Assembly (NCBI GenBank): GCA_038231155.1
Contig: JBBRLY010000013.1
Location: forward strand, 4,305-68,304
Length of the DNA: 64,000 nucleotides
Reading direction: 5' to 3'
Source: Candidatus Saccharimonadales bacterium
GTDB lineage: Bacteria; Patescibacteriota; Saccharimonadia; Saccharimonadales; JANWIN01
Shown in pieces: positions 1-8,891 of the stretch. Both the position numbers and the translations under genes were made by a program. The notes beneath the pieces were generated by a model. It made no database searches and was not told the origin of the DNA. It worked only from the letters and a program-made list of their open reading frames with translations. Every line of letters begins with the position of its first letter. Position 1 is the stretch's first letter.

Positions 1-2193
1 TGACGGGGCAACTGTATCAGTTGTTGTTGACACTATATAGCTGACATTCGGCATATTTACCGGCGAGGTATTTAATGAATTTGTTACAACCTGGCTGGCG
101 GCGATAGAGTAAGCTCCGTCAGTCACTAAATTATCAGAAGTAAGTTTTAGATTTACCGTCGCACTAGCTCCAGGAGCTATGCTTACTAGGTCGGGACTAG
201 CGACATCGCTAAAACTGTCGGGTACGCCATTGTTATAGGCAAATAATGAGGCAGGTGGAAGGATTCGATAATTTGTGGCAGTGCAATTTGAGCTATCATT
301 ACTAGTGATCTTATAACTGTAAGTAGCCGTCTGTTTTGGTGCCACAGTTTGACTAAAAGGAGAAGTTAAGGCGATCGTTGGATTATTCCGAGTACAATTA
401 GCAGAAGTTGGGATAGTCACCGTGACGTTGGCTCCTGTACTATCGGCAGATTGAGTCGAAATTACGATGCCGGTCTCAGGATCAGTAAAGCTCTTACTAG
501 GCAGTAACATGCCGTCAACTTCATCGTCTATTACAGTTCCGGTTTGATTACTTAGTGGTGTGGTGTCTATTAATTGATTATCACCTGTGCCATCGTTGTA
601 CACAAAATTGAGCATTGGGCCTTTGGTGGCTTGACATTTCGATCCACAATTTGGGTTAGTAGATGTCATCCAAGAATCAAAGCCAATTGGTTGACGGTAC
701 TCTAAAGTAAAAGCCGTACCAGAGTTCCCGCGAGGTATGTAGAGCGTTAATACACCACTAGTGGGAGTTTCGTAGGGTAGGAGTTTAAAGTTATGGGTTC
801 CTGGGGTATTTACAGTTACATTACTGGTGGGGCCCAACCAGCCGGCATTTCGCTTATGTAAGGCATCTAGATGAGGTATTAGACTGCTACCTGATTCGCC
901 TAGTCCTCCACCTAATATGTCAAATTTATTACCATAGGCAATTGATTGACAATTAGGACCGGATCTAGTCGGTGGCACAAAAGCTTGGGGTTGGCAGTTA
1001 TAAAAGTTGGAGTGATAATTTCCGATACCTGCAACATGTGATAGCTCATGCACGATAGTGCTGGTATTAATCGGATCAGATGGTATCTGAGCGATTTGGC
1101 CACCGAAAATAAAACCGCTGGTGACGCTAGGTACTGGGAAGCTACCAGCAAGGCTTAAACCAAGGCAATTCTTAATCAAAACAATCCGGCTGTATTGACT
1201 AAAATCAATAGTTGAACCAAATTGATTGTAAAATTGCTGCCATTCAGTATTAGTGCAACTCAAGCCTGAACCAGTAGGAATAGATATCGTATAGGGTCCT
1301 AAAAACGTTGGGTTAAGATTTTCCTTATTGTATGAAGCTTCACTCCAGTAGCTATTAATATCATGACCTGGATTACCTTGGAATGCTGCTTTAATTGCAG
1401 TTAAACTTAGCGAACTAGGAGAATTAGAAAAATTAACTGGAATCACGACAACATTGGTTTGAGATGCTGCCAGAGTTGCGTTATTTATTATCTTAGAACT
1501 GTCAATATGACTTGAATTTTTTGGTGGTGGTGAGTTAATTTTGATACTCAATAAACTACCGCTCAAACCAGGAATATAGATAACATTTTTGATTTTGTAA
1601 CCACTGATGGATACATTAGATCCAAAGTCCACGGATGGGAATATTCCGTTGCTGTATAGTTGATATTCGCCCGATGATGTAATAAGTGAATTGACCTCAG
1701 AATCGACCCCTTTTAACGTTTGGCTCTTAACGTAGTAAGCTCCTGTTAAAGTGACTTTTTGCTCAAGTTGATTTTCAGGAACACTACTTAGATCAGTCAA
1801 TTCTTGGTCAGTTAGGATGAACTGATTAGCTTGGTTTGGCTTTGCTTCAACCAACTTGATAAGCGCGGATTGCCGTGCTTGGCTAATACTTTTTAAAAAT
1901 GGAGCAACTTGATTTTGACGGAGACGATCATCTCGGACTGCCGCCCCAATAGCTCTTATTTGATTAGTGGTTGTCTGAACAAGTACCAAATCACTGTTTA
2001 TTAATTTTTTTGAATTTATTTGAGGTGTTGCTGCTCTTGAACCTATTAGAAGCAATATCCCACCTGAAACTGCAAACAAAGCCACAAATGCTGTGATATA
2101 TAGTCTTGAGAAACTGTTTGGTTGGAATGGTTTAAAGTTCGATGACTTTAAGCCTTGTAGTTTCTCCACTGGCTCGTGCTCCCATTCTTGCAC
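1..2193 (-). CDS. membrane-anchored secreted zinc metalloprotease (HExxH, gametolysin/M11-like); C-terminus lies beyond the window
   Basis: Absent from the track because it leaves the window. My reverse-strand translation is open from about 2214 down to base 1. It shows an N-terminal TM helix (LYITAFVALFAVSGGILLLIG) and the motif TIVHELSHVAGIGNYH. There is no ATG near the 5' end. Candidate starts are GTG at 2193 (AAGG 7 nt upstream) or TTG at 2214. Confidence 0.6.
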   Translation of the reverse strand, partial: MQEWEHEPVEKLQGLKSSNFKPFQPNSFSRLYITAFVALFAVSGGILLLIGSRAATPQINSKKLINSDLVLVQTTTNQIRAIGAAVRDDRLRQNQVAPFLKSISQARQSALIKLVEAKPNQANQFILTDQELTDLSSVPENQLEQKVTLTGAYYVKSQTLKGVDSEVNSLITSSGEYQLYSNGIFPSVDFGSNVSISGYKIKNVIYIPGLSGSLLSIKINSPPPKNSSHIDSSKIINNATLAASQTNVVVIPVNFSNSPSSLSLTAIKAAFQGNPGHDINSYWSEASYNKENLNPTFLGPYTISIPTGSGLSCTNTEWQQFYNQFGSTIDFSQYSRIVLIKNCLGLSLAGSFPVPSVTSGFIFGGQIAQIPSDPINTSTIVHELSHVAGIGNYHSNFYNCQPQAFVPPTRSGPNCQSIAYGNKFDILGGGLGESGSSLIPHLDALHKRNAGWLGPTSNVTVNTPGTHNFKLLPYETPTSGVLTLYIPRGNSGTAFTLEYRQPIGFDSWMTSTNPNCGSKCQATKGPMLNFVYNDGTGDNQLIDTTPLSNQTGTVIDDEVDGMLLPSKSFTDPETGIVISTQSADSTGANVTVTIPTSANCTRNNPTIALTSPFSQTVAPKQTATYSYKITSNDSSNCTATNYRILPPASLFAYNNGVPDSFSDVASPDLVSIAPGASATVNLKLTSDNLVTDGAYSIAASQVVTNSLNTSPVNMPNVSYIVSTTTDTVAPS

Positions 2194-2361
2194 CGCTTTG
2201 CCTTTTCGTTTCAATTTTAGATCAGTTAATCGTTATCTGGCTTTGTATTCATGTTAATTTAACCGCTTATGGTAAGACCTGTCAAGGTAATGAGGAAGGT
2301 AGCAAGTTTTCTTGAAAAAATCAGTTTTTTCAAAGTTCGACCCGAGGAACAAGTTATTATA

Positions 2362-3612
2362 TTAAGGAGAAGTAAAGCCTAATTTTAGAGCCATATATGC
2401 TGGCTTTGGTGAGTTAGTGGGTAGTGATACAGTCCCAGAATTACATAAGACTTTAGTACTATCAATGCAGTCGTCGCGAAGATCGTACCAATAGATATTA
2501 CCAGCCCACGAGTAAGACTTCCAAAGTTCTAATTCCTGGGTTGCAAGGTTAGCCTGCTCCTTTACTCCTACAATATTAGATGGGGCTCCAGATTCCGTTG
2601 CCCAGACCTTCTTATTAGCATCACCGTAGGCGATCATTAGTGATCGAACTGATGGGGAAGTTTGAGATATTTCCGACCAAGCTGACGACTGATTGTAAGC
2701 CAGAATAGTTTTGGCACTTCGTCCCTGGCTAAAGTTATAAGGATGCCAACCTACATCGTCCATCGAACCTGCAGCTCCTGCTTGGTACATCTTTTCAAGG
2801 AAACTTACTGGATTTATATAGTGATTGTCAGATTGACCATAATAACTGTAGGGACTTAGCCCGCCACTTAGAACTTTAATACTTGGTGTTACTGACTTAA
2901 TTGCGGTAAATGCAGCTTTGAGTAAGGTAGTGTACTTTATAGGGTTAGGAGAGGGAAGCCAGAAAAGACCATTAGGTTCGTTCCAAATTTCAATTGCTTG
3001 AAGCGGACGATATGGCAAAGTAGGGTTTATTGTCCAGAAAGTGCCACCGGCGCCATAACGTTTTGATACCTGGCTTACGAAGTTAGCATAGTCTGAAACT
3101 TTGATTGGTGGGTACTTATCGGAGTCGGCATGGCCGCTTGCCCAGGGTGGCGAATAGCCACACATTGCAAGTACATCTAAACGTTTCTTGGACGTAATAG
3201 TCATTAATAGATCGGTACTGGACCAATTGAATTTGCCTGGCGTTTGTTCAATAGTTGACCAGGCAAAATCATCACGAACAGTTCTAGCTCCACCGTTAAA
3301 TGCCAAGTCAACATAAGCTGACTTATCTGCCTTATCTAATATATGTGTGTCATAACCAAACCGTCCCATTTGAGTTACTGGTTTAGCGCTAAGCTTATGT
3401 TTTGAAGTTGAGTTAATTTGGAGTTGACGACCGTTAGAACTAGGATTTAATACAAAAATTCTAGTAATTAAATAACCACCAAAACCAACAAATACTAGAG
3501 CTATAATACAAATTACTAGATATCTATAAGTTGGTTTAGTCTTTAAAAATGAAATACTAGCATAACTTGAAGGACTCCATTTAAACATGGTTTTTAAGTT
3601 TTTCAGGGTCAC
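2362..3612 (-). CDS. membrane-anchored clan GH-A glycoside hydrolase (GH5/GH39-like TIM barrel)
   Basis: 416-aa ORF with an N-terminal TM helix. IEIWNEPN matches the acid/base NEP motif and WATESG the nucleophile Glu context. Confidence 0.6.
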   Translation of the reverse strand: MTLKNLKTMFKWSPSSYASISFLKTKPTYRYLVICIIALVFVGFGGYLITRIFVLNPSSNGRQLQINSTSKHKLSAKPVTQMGRFGYDTHILDKADKSAYVDLAFNGGARTVRDDFAWSTIEQTPGKFNWSSTDLLMTITSKKRLDVLAMCGYSPPWASGHADSDKYPPIKVSDYANFVSQVSKRYGAGGTFWTINPTLPYRPLQAIEIWNEPNGLFWLPSPNPIKYTTLLKAAFTAIKSVTPSIKVLSGGLSPYSYYGQSDNHYINPVSFLEKMYQAGAAGSMDDVGWHPYNFSQGRSAKTILAYNQSSAWSEISQTSPSVRSLMIAYGDANKKVWATESGAPSNIVGVKEQANLATQELELWKSYSWAGNIYWYDLRDDCIDSTKVLCNSGTVSLPTNSPKPAYMALKLGFTSP

Positions 3613-3699
3613 TAATTATTGCACCTAGTTAATGCCATTGTTTCAGGTTACTTTGTTTATAAAAAGTTGTACATTGGTAATTAAGTAACTTTAATATAA

Positions 3700-3727
3700 T
3701 TGACTTAAACTATAACAAGACTATACT
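3700..3727 (+). promoter_or_regulatory. sigma70-like promoter TTGACT-N16-TATACT for the ArsR gene
   Basis: TTGACT at 3700-3705 and TATACT at 3722-3727, 17 nt before the ATG at 3745. Confidence 0.45.
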
Positions 3728-3744
3728 TAACTTGAAGGTTAAGT
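3725..3744. promoter_or_regulatory. inverted repeat ACTTAAC-N6-GTTAAGT, candidate ArsR operator
   Basis: Perfect 7-bp arms abut the ATG and overlap the -10. A second TTAAGT (3681-3686) / ACTTAA (3703-3708) pair brackets the -35. Confidence 0.4.
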
Positions 3745-4089
3745 ATGACAACTGATATTAACTCTGCTTTTTTAGATAATTTGTTTGAGGCTCTGATGCA
3801 TCGTAAGCGACGGGGCATGATTAATACACTTTCTTACAGGCCGGCTACAGTAAGTCAATTAGCCGATGAATATAAATTATCGCTACCAGCCATACATAAG
3901 CACATACGAACTTTAGAAAAAGCTCAGTTGATCCGACGTAAAAAGGTTGGTCGAACAAACTTTGTTGCCCTAAACCATAAATCACTGCATTCAGCTCAAG
4001 ACTGGATTGCTCAATATCATACGGAATGGGCTAATGATAAGCAGTCGCTGGAAAATTATATCGCCAGCATGAAACACCGTCGGACATAA
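3745..4089 (+). CDS. ArsR/SmtB-family HTH transcriptional regulator
   Basis: 114 aa. The winged-HTH segment VSQLADEYKLSLPAIHKHIRTLEKAQLIRRKKVGRTNF is typical of the family. Confidence 0.75.
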   Translation: MTTDINSAFLDNLFEALMHRKRRGMINTLSYRPATVSQLADEYKLSLPAIHKHIRTLEKAQLIRRKKVGRTNFVALNHKSLHSAQDWIAQYHTEWANDKQSLENYIASMKHRRT

Positions 4090-4142
4090 GCCGCAATTTG
4101 CGGATAATGTTAATTTAATAAAATAATCAAAAGAGGAACAAT

Positions 4143-4454
4143 ATGAAAAACTATGTACTAATATATTACAACAACGGGACTCAAGAAGGTGTCTCACCGG
4201 AAGAATCAAAGGCTGCTTGGGGCGCTTGGTTTGGTAGCATCGGGGATAAGATGGTTGATGCTGGGAATCCATTTAATAGCGGCGCCAAAGTTGTTGAAAA
4301 AAGTGGCATCTCAACTATTAAAAAATGGCCAGCAACGGGATATACAATTGTGAAGGCTAATACTATAGAAGAAGCATCTGACTTAGCCAAGAATTGCCCG
4401 GTCCTAGATGAACCAGATGGTGCGGTACGTGTATATGAAGCGATGCCAATGTAG
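4143..4454 (+). CDS. YCII/DGPF-like small alpha-beta protein
   Basis: 103 aa. It starts MKNYVLIYY, contains AWGAWF and ends VRVYEAMP, which fits the YCII-related pattern. A GAGG Shine-Dalgarno (SD) ribosome-binding site lies upstream. Confidence 0.45.
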   Translation: MKNYVLIYYNNGTQEGVSPEESKAAWGAWFGSIGDKMVDAGNPFNSGAKVVEKSGISTIKKWPATGYTIVKANTIEEASDLAKNCPVLDEPDGAVRVYEAMPM

Positions 4455-4567
4455 TCAAGGTATTTTTAGATAAGCTAGTTACGGCTTACGGTTTTCAAAT
4501 TTTTTAATCGAATTTAATACTTCGATCAGTTGACCGTGATACAGGCTTGAGGACTTAGACTTAAATA

Positions 4568-5170
4568 TTAGATCCTGATTAATCCGCGGGTTCGATTGCT
4601 AATTGATTTACGATCAGGTGATGCATGACTAAAATGTAGGACACCTCGTCCGATTACAACGGCATCACCAGTCTTTACAGCTACCTGGTCGTAGTTTAAG
4701 CTACCCAAGTTTAGTCTTATTTGTTTATAAGCATTAACTATATCTCTATACGGAGCATCGGCGTCAGCCAATCTATATCCGTATACTGTTACTGGTTGTC
4801 CGTCATCATCTAGATTTACAGATGTTGAAAGCGCTATGCTAAATCCGTCATAGTGCGGCATAGTTTCACCGGCCCTTATTACATCTGGACGCTGAGCATA
4901 AATGCTAGCAAAGGTCGACATAGAGCCAAGTCTAGAGGTTATCAGATTGTTGACAACCATCCGAGTATTAGTAATAGGATCGATGGCGTCGTTAAACTTT
5001 GCCATCATACCAAGGTCAAGATAGACTTTATGTCGGCCTTGGTCAGGGGCAAATTTAGCCAGTTCGAGTGCCTTATCATCCGGTAATATATCAGTAACTG
5101 CTACGATGCTATTTTCAAAACTAGCTTGGACGGCATCGATATATTCTAATTCTTTGTGGGTATCAATCAT
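4568..5170 (-). CDS. hypothetical protein, possible small 2OG-Fe(II) oxygenase (HxD...H...RxS)
   Basis: 200 aa. H106-Y-D108, H179 and R188-K-S190 are spaced as in the double-stranded beta-helix oxygenase triad. This rests on the motif only. Confidence 0.35.
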   Translation of the reverse strand: MIDTHKELEYIDAVQASFENSIVAVTDILPDDKALELAKFAPDQGRHKVYLDLGMMAKFNDAIDPITNTRMVVNNLITSRLGSMSTFASIYAQRPDVIRAGETMPHYDGFSIALSTSVNLDDDGQPVTVYGYRLADADAPYRDIVNAYKQIRLNLGSLNYDQVAVKTGDAVVIGRGVLHFSHASPDRKSISNRTRGLIRI

Positions 5171-5191
5171 CGGATTAGATTTTCAATATTG

Positions 5192-5527
5192 TTAGTAATT
5201 GACTGGATAACTTTTCGAATCTGGTTTTTCTTCAAAGAGTTGACCATTTAAAACTTCTTGCCTTAAGGCTTCGAGTAATCTTACAACGTTACCGGGAGAA
5301 ACCTCGTATTGTACGGCGGTTGCTGCTAAATGATCTTCAAGTAAGCTCATTGGTGGGTCCAACGGTATACCAAATATGGTACGTAAGACTCTAGGTGACT
5401 CTAAATCGTGTACCTGCTCAACAAATTCAGCGCGCGTATAGTGTGCAGACAAATTTCTTGTGGTAACCTCTAAAGCTTCAAAGCAGAGGTCTTGTTCAGT
5501 TGATTCGGGAGAACTGGGATTATTCAT
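5192..5527 (-). CDS. hypothetical protein
   Basis: 111-aa ORF co-directional between the purM-like and oxygenase-like genes. I recognise no motif. Confidence 0.4.
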   Translation of the reverse strand: MNNPSSPESTEQDLCFEALEVTTRNLSAHYTRAEFVEQVHDLESPRVLRTIFGIPLDPPMSLLEDHLAATAVQYEVSPGNVVRLLEALRQEVLNGQLFEEKPDSKSYPVNY

Positions 5528-5640
5528 TTTTATTAAGTAATAACCTAACTTATTATATCTTAATACATATAATAATTAAATGTCAATGCACGCAGATTAG
5601 TTATTTAGTTAATAATTCGTACTGAATCATTTTCCACTGC

Positions 5641-6801
5641 TCAAAAATTTAGCCATTCTTCATCTTGCACTGCACCGCGGTTCTTAATACGAATCCCTGG
5701 CTCGTCATCGACTTCACCAATAACTTTAGCCCCATAAAGTCCGGCTTCATGTAAAAGTGGTAATACTTTATTCGGCTCTGGAGTGGCAATTACACCACCT
5801 GGGCCCATATGGAATTTACCATAGGCTTTCTGGTCACTAAAGCCTGCGATTTTTTGAATAAGTGTCATGATGTCTGGAGGTTCAATTGGGTTATCAATGG
5901 TGATACCGAGTCCGGAATCCTCTAACATCGTACGTAGCTTACTAGGTTGCCCGCCACCAGTTATATGTGCAAAACCAGTTACTTTAGCTTTTGGTTCTCG
6001 TCTAGAGTCCCAACCACCAGTGATATCAGTAACAATACCGTGGTAAACAGTAGCCGGAATTTGGACAAGCTGGCCAAGTGTTAGTTTGCCAATACTTGGT
6101 TCTATCTTTGTATGCCAGTTACTGCCATACTCTTGTTTCAAAGAACTACGGAAATCGGTCATTCCATTACAGCGGGGGCCCAGTTCTGGTAATCCGACTA
6201 ATTTATCTCCAGGTTGTAATGTTTTACCCGATAACACCTTAGCTTTATGTGTAAGAGTTAATACACCTGCACCCCAATTGTAATTAAATCTACCATAACC
6301 CTTAACTCTACCAATTAATTCAGCAATCTCGCCATTTATTGCTACAACACCAGCAACTTTAGAAACTGCTACCATGCCGGCTGATAATTCCCTCATTCCT
6401 TCAACTATTAGTGGATCACCAGGATCAAGTTTACCTGTATCAAGTACTGATCCCCAGGCTATGACTTGTGAACCAGAACGAAGTGCATCATCAAAAACCA
6501 TTGCTCCGAGATCAAAAGCACTTCCCATGTGGCTGGCGCCTTTACCTCGCGTAGTTTGCATACGTTCTCTAACTTCAACCTTCGTACCTATGCCATCAAA
6601 TCCTAAATTTTGTACGGTATCTGCAGCTTGATGTGCAAAAAGCTGACAGTCAATTCCCCTAAAACTTCTAAATGAATCATTGGCTCGCCAAACAGCTCCT
6701 GGAATATTTTCATATGTAGCTTGAGCGGCAATGTCAAACATCTGTGACATATCATCACCAAATTCAATATTTACTTCCTGAAACTGTGCGGGTGTAGACA
6801 T
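5641..6801 (-). CDS. purM: AIR-synthase (PurM) family protein
   Basis: 386 aa. By hand it is collinear with E. coli PurM blocks: DGIGTKVEV, DLGAMVFDD...TGKLD, NGEIAEL, GPRCNGMT, AHITGGG, FHMGPGGVIATP. Confidence 0.6.
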   Translation of the reverse strand: MSTPAQFQEVNIEFGDDMSQMFDIAAQATYENIPGAVWRANDSFRSFRGIDCQLFAHQAADTVQNLGFDGIGTKVEVRERMQTTRGKGASHMGSAFDLGAMVFDDALRSGSQVIAWGSVLDTGKLDPGDPLIVEGMRELSAGMVAVSKVAGVVAINGEIAELIGRVKGYGRFNYNWGAGVLTLTHKAKVLSGKTLQPGDKLVGLPELGPRCNGMTDFRSSLKQEYGSNWHTKIEPSIGKLTLGQLVQIPATVYHGIVTDITGGWDSRREPKAKVTGFAHITGGGQPSKLRTMLEDSGLGITIDNPIEPPDIMTLIQKIAGFSDQKAYGKFHMGPGGVIATPEPNKVLPLLHEAGLYGAKVIGEVDDEPGIRIKNRGAVQDEEWLNF

Positions 6802-6986
6802 TGATTACTCCTTAAGGACCATTCTATATTATAAATATTTTTTCGTACTTTGTCGCGCTTTGTTAGGTCTTAGCGGGAAGGGTGAGGATTCATGTCCACA
6901 ATTGAGCTCGGTAAACTACTACTAGAGTTTAAAATAACAGTTCCAAGACTAAAGCATAGAAATTAACTAATAATAATCTTAGTATA

Positions 6987-7015
6987 TTGACAAAGGCTCC
7001 CCTCAAAGCTAACAT
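6987..7015 (+). promoter_or_regulatory. promoter TTGACA-N17-TAACAT; transcript probably leaderless
   Basis: The -10 ends 8 nt before the ATG at 7024, and there is no SD. Confidence 0.4.
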
Positions 7016-7023
7016 TAAACCAT

Positions 7024-7344
7024 ATGGTTGAACAAACTTTATATTTAAATAACATCTTCGCCTCGTTGGCCGATCCAACACGAAGGGATATTTTGCGGCG
7101 AGTAATAGAAAAAGAATTTAATATATCTGAACTTTCTGAATTTTACGATATGAGCTTTGCTGCAGTTGCCAAGCACTTGAAGGTCCTCGAAAAAGCTAGG
7201 TTAATTATTAAAAAGCCTGTTGGTAAGAACCAGATGATCGAAGCCAGCCCAGTTGCTATCAAAGAAGCCACCATTTACTTAAAACAATATGAGAAGCTAT
7301 GGAACGAACGTTTTGATAAATTAGAGCAAATTTTAAAGGAGTAA
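7024..7344 (+). CDS. ArsR/SmtB-family HTH transcriptional regulator
   Basis: 106 aa. LADPTRRDILRRV and ISELSEFYDMSFAAVAKHLKVLEKARLI fit the family. Confidence 0.75.
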   Translation: MVEQTLYLNNIFASLADPTRRDILRRVIEKEFNISELSEFYDMSFAAVAKHLKVLEKARLIIKKPVGKNQMIEASPVAIKEATIYLKQYEKLWNERFDKLEQILKE

Positions 7345-7402
7345 TAAAGCATATATAGGCATAGAGTAAGACTAATTAATTACTAAATGGAGAAATAAAA
7401 TT

Positions 7403-7915
7403 ATGAACAGTACAGAATTTACGCCTGATCTAAAAAATAAAAAACTAACCGTAGAGCGGGTCTTTGATGCGCCACGAGAAAAAGTCTGGCAGGCTTGGAC
7501 AGATGCTAAAATGTTTGCCAAATGGTGGGGCCCACGAGGTTGGAGCACAACTGTAAAGCAAATGGATTTCACTGAGGGTGGGTATCTACTTTATGGCATG
7601 AAGTGCGAAGATAAAAATCAAACTGAATGGTATGGTCAAGTATCGTGGGGTAAATCAATTTATAAAAGTATTGATGAACCAAACGAATTTAGATATGTTG
7701 ATTATTTTTGCGATGCTGATGGTAAAGTTAACAAAGAAATGCCAGTTATCACAATTACAATAAAGTTTAATGAAGTAGATGGCAAAACACGAGTTACTAG
7801 CCATAGTGTATTTGAATCTGAGTCAGCACTAAAACAAGTTATAGATATGGGCATGGAAGAAGGTCTGAAACAGACTTGGGATCGGTTAGCAGAGACTTTA
7901 GCTAAGCGTTCATAG
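7403..7915 (+). CDS. SRPBCC/AHSA1-domain protein
   Basis: 170 aa. RVFDAPREKVWQAWTD...WWGP is the typical AHSA1/START-like N-terminus. The ArsR partner pairing is a common arrangement. Confidence 0.6.
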   Translation: MNSTEFTPDLKNKKLTVERVFDAPREKVWQAWTDAKMFAKWWGPRGWSTTVKQMDFTEGGYLLYGMKCEDKNQTEWYGQVSWGKSIYKSIDEPNEFRYVDYFCDADGKVNKEMPVITITIKFNEVDGKTRVTSHSVFESESALKQVIDMGMEEGLKQTWDRLAETLAKRS

Positions 7916-8003
7916 CCTAGTCCTACGGAGTTTAATAAACTTTGGTAGCTGAACTACTCTTACTCGTCTGCTTTTTGGATTTTTGCTAGCATCAAACGGT
8001 ATT

Positions 8004-8402
8004 TTATTGCATTCTGCAATCGTTTAACTGAACTCCGGATTTCATACGTTCAGCAGAATTAGCAATGCTCAGTACTTCGATAGATTGGCCTATATTTAAA
8101 ACTTCATTAATATTCGTGAAACTACATTGAGCACCGTATGTAGAGTTAGTTTTAAAGCTAACAATTATTTTGCTGTTTACATGAGTGATAGATTCAATAG
8201 AACCAGATATTAGTAATAAATCTTCTCGATAGCTGACCCAAAAATGGTCGTCCTTCATTGCGTTAGCAATTTGGGTGGGCGTAACTTGTCTAATAACTAA
8301 GTGATCCAAAGCATATTTACTTCCAAGAAAGAACGAGCCAATCAGCAAAATAACTAAAGCTAATATAAATATAGGGTATCTAAAACTGTTTAATTTAGGC
8401 AT
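8004..8402 (-). CDS. membrane-anchored hypothetical protein
   Basis: 132 aa with a single N-terminal TM helix (IFILALVILLIGSFFLG). Confidence 0.4.
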   Translation of the reverse strand: MPKLNSFRYPIFILALVILLIGSFFLGSKYALDHLVIRQVTPTQIANAMKDDHFWVSYREDLLLISGSIESITHVNSKIIVSFKTNSTYGAQCSFTNINEVLNIGQSIEVLSIANSAERMKSGVQLNDCRMQ

Positions 8403-8510
8403 ATTAAGATTATACCTATTATATTAATTGTCGTAAGAATTACATAGACATTATAAATATTAATAAAACTGTTAGTTGCAGGCTATTAACTAAAAACAAT
8501 AACCAGGATC

Positions 8511-8891
8511 TTACGAGGCACCGCGGTGCAGGAATAAGTACCAAGCTACAATCCAACCTACCGCTAAGTAAGCCAGGAACACTAAAACTCCTCTCAGCCC
8601 CCCCGTGAGACTACCGCTAGTTTCTCCGCGAACCGATGGATTGAGTGATAAACCGTTAATAACTGGCGGTTGTACTACTTGCTGCAGAGTAGTAAAAGGC
8701 AAGTAAACAGAATTATTTTTCAGGAGTAAACTAAGTACTCCTTCAACTGGGTTCGAAATTATGAAAAGCGCTGCCATAGCACCGACTTGGTTGCGTATAA
8801 GCGATGCAAATAGCATACCGCCCATAGCAAAACCTTCCGATAAGATAGTAAAATGATACAATAACCTCTTAACAAGGAAATTCAATGCCAA
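8511..8891 (-). CDS. possible C-terminal fragment of an ABC-2-type permease
   Basis: 126 aa with 3 hydrophobic segments, ending LAVGWIVAWYLFLHRGAS like permease C-termini. Its 5' end overlaps the start of the opposite-strand ABC ATPase by 7 nt, and no N-terminal half is present. Confidence 0.3.
   Translation of the reverse strand: MALNFLVKRLLYHFTILSEGFAMGGMLFASLIRNQVGAMAALFIISNPVEGVLSLLLKNNSVYLPFTTLQQVVQPPVINGLSLNPSVRGETSGSLTGGLRGVLVFLAYLAVGWIVAWYLFLHRGAS

Noticed and set aside
912-1151. Track ORF of 79 aa on the minus strand. More generally, there are about 45 short track ORFs nested inside or antisense to longer genes, for example 3991-4272, 6086-6283, 9298-9702, 14815-15093, 23485-23784, 33132-33323, 42681-42932, 44085-44330 and 63270-63593.
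   Set aside because: Each lies out of frame or antisense within a much longer ORF that has recognisable family motifs. They have odd composition, no SD and no motifs. 912-1151 is an alternative frame of the metalloprotease gene.
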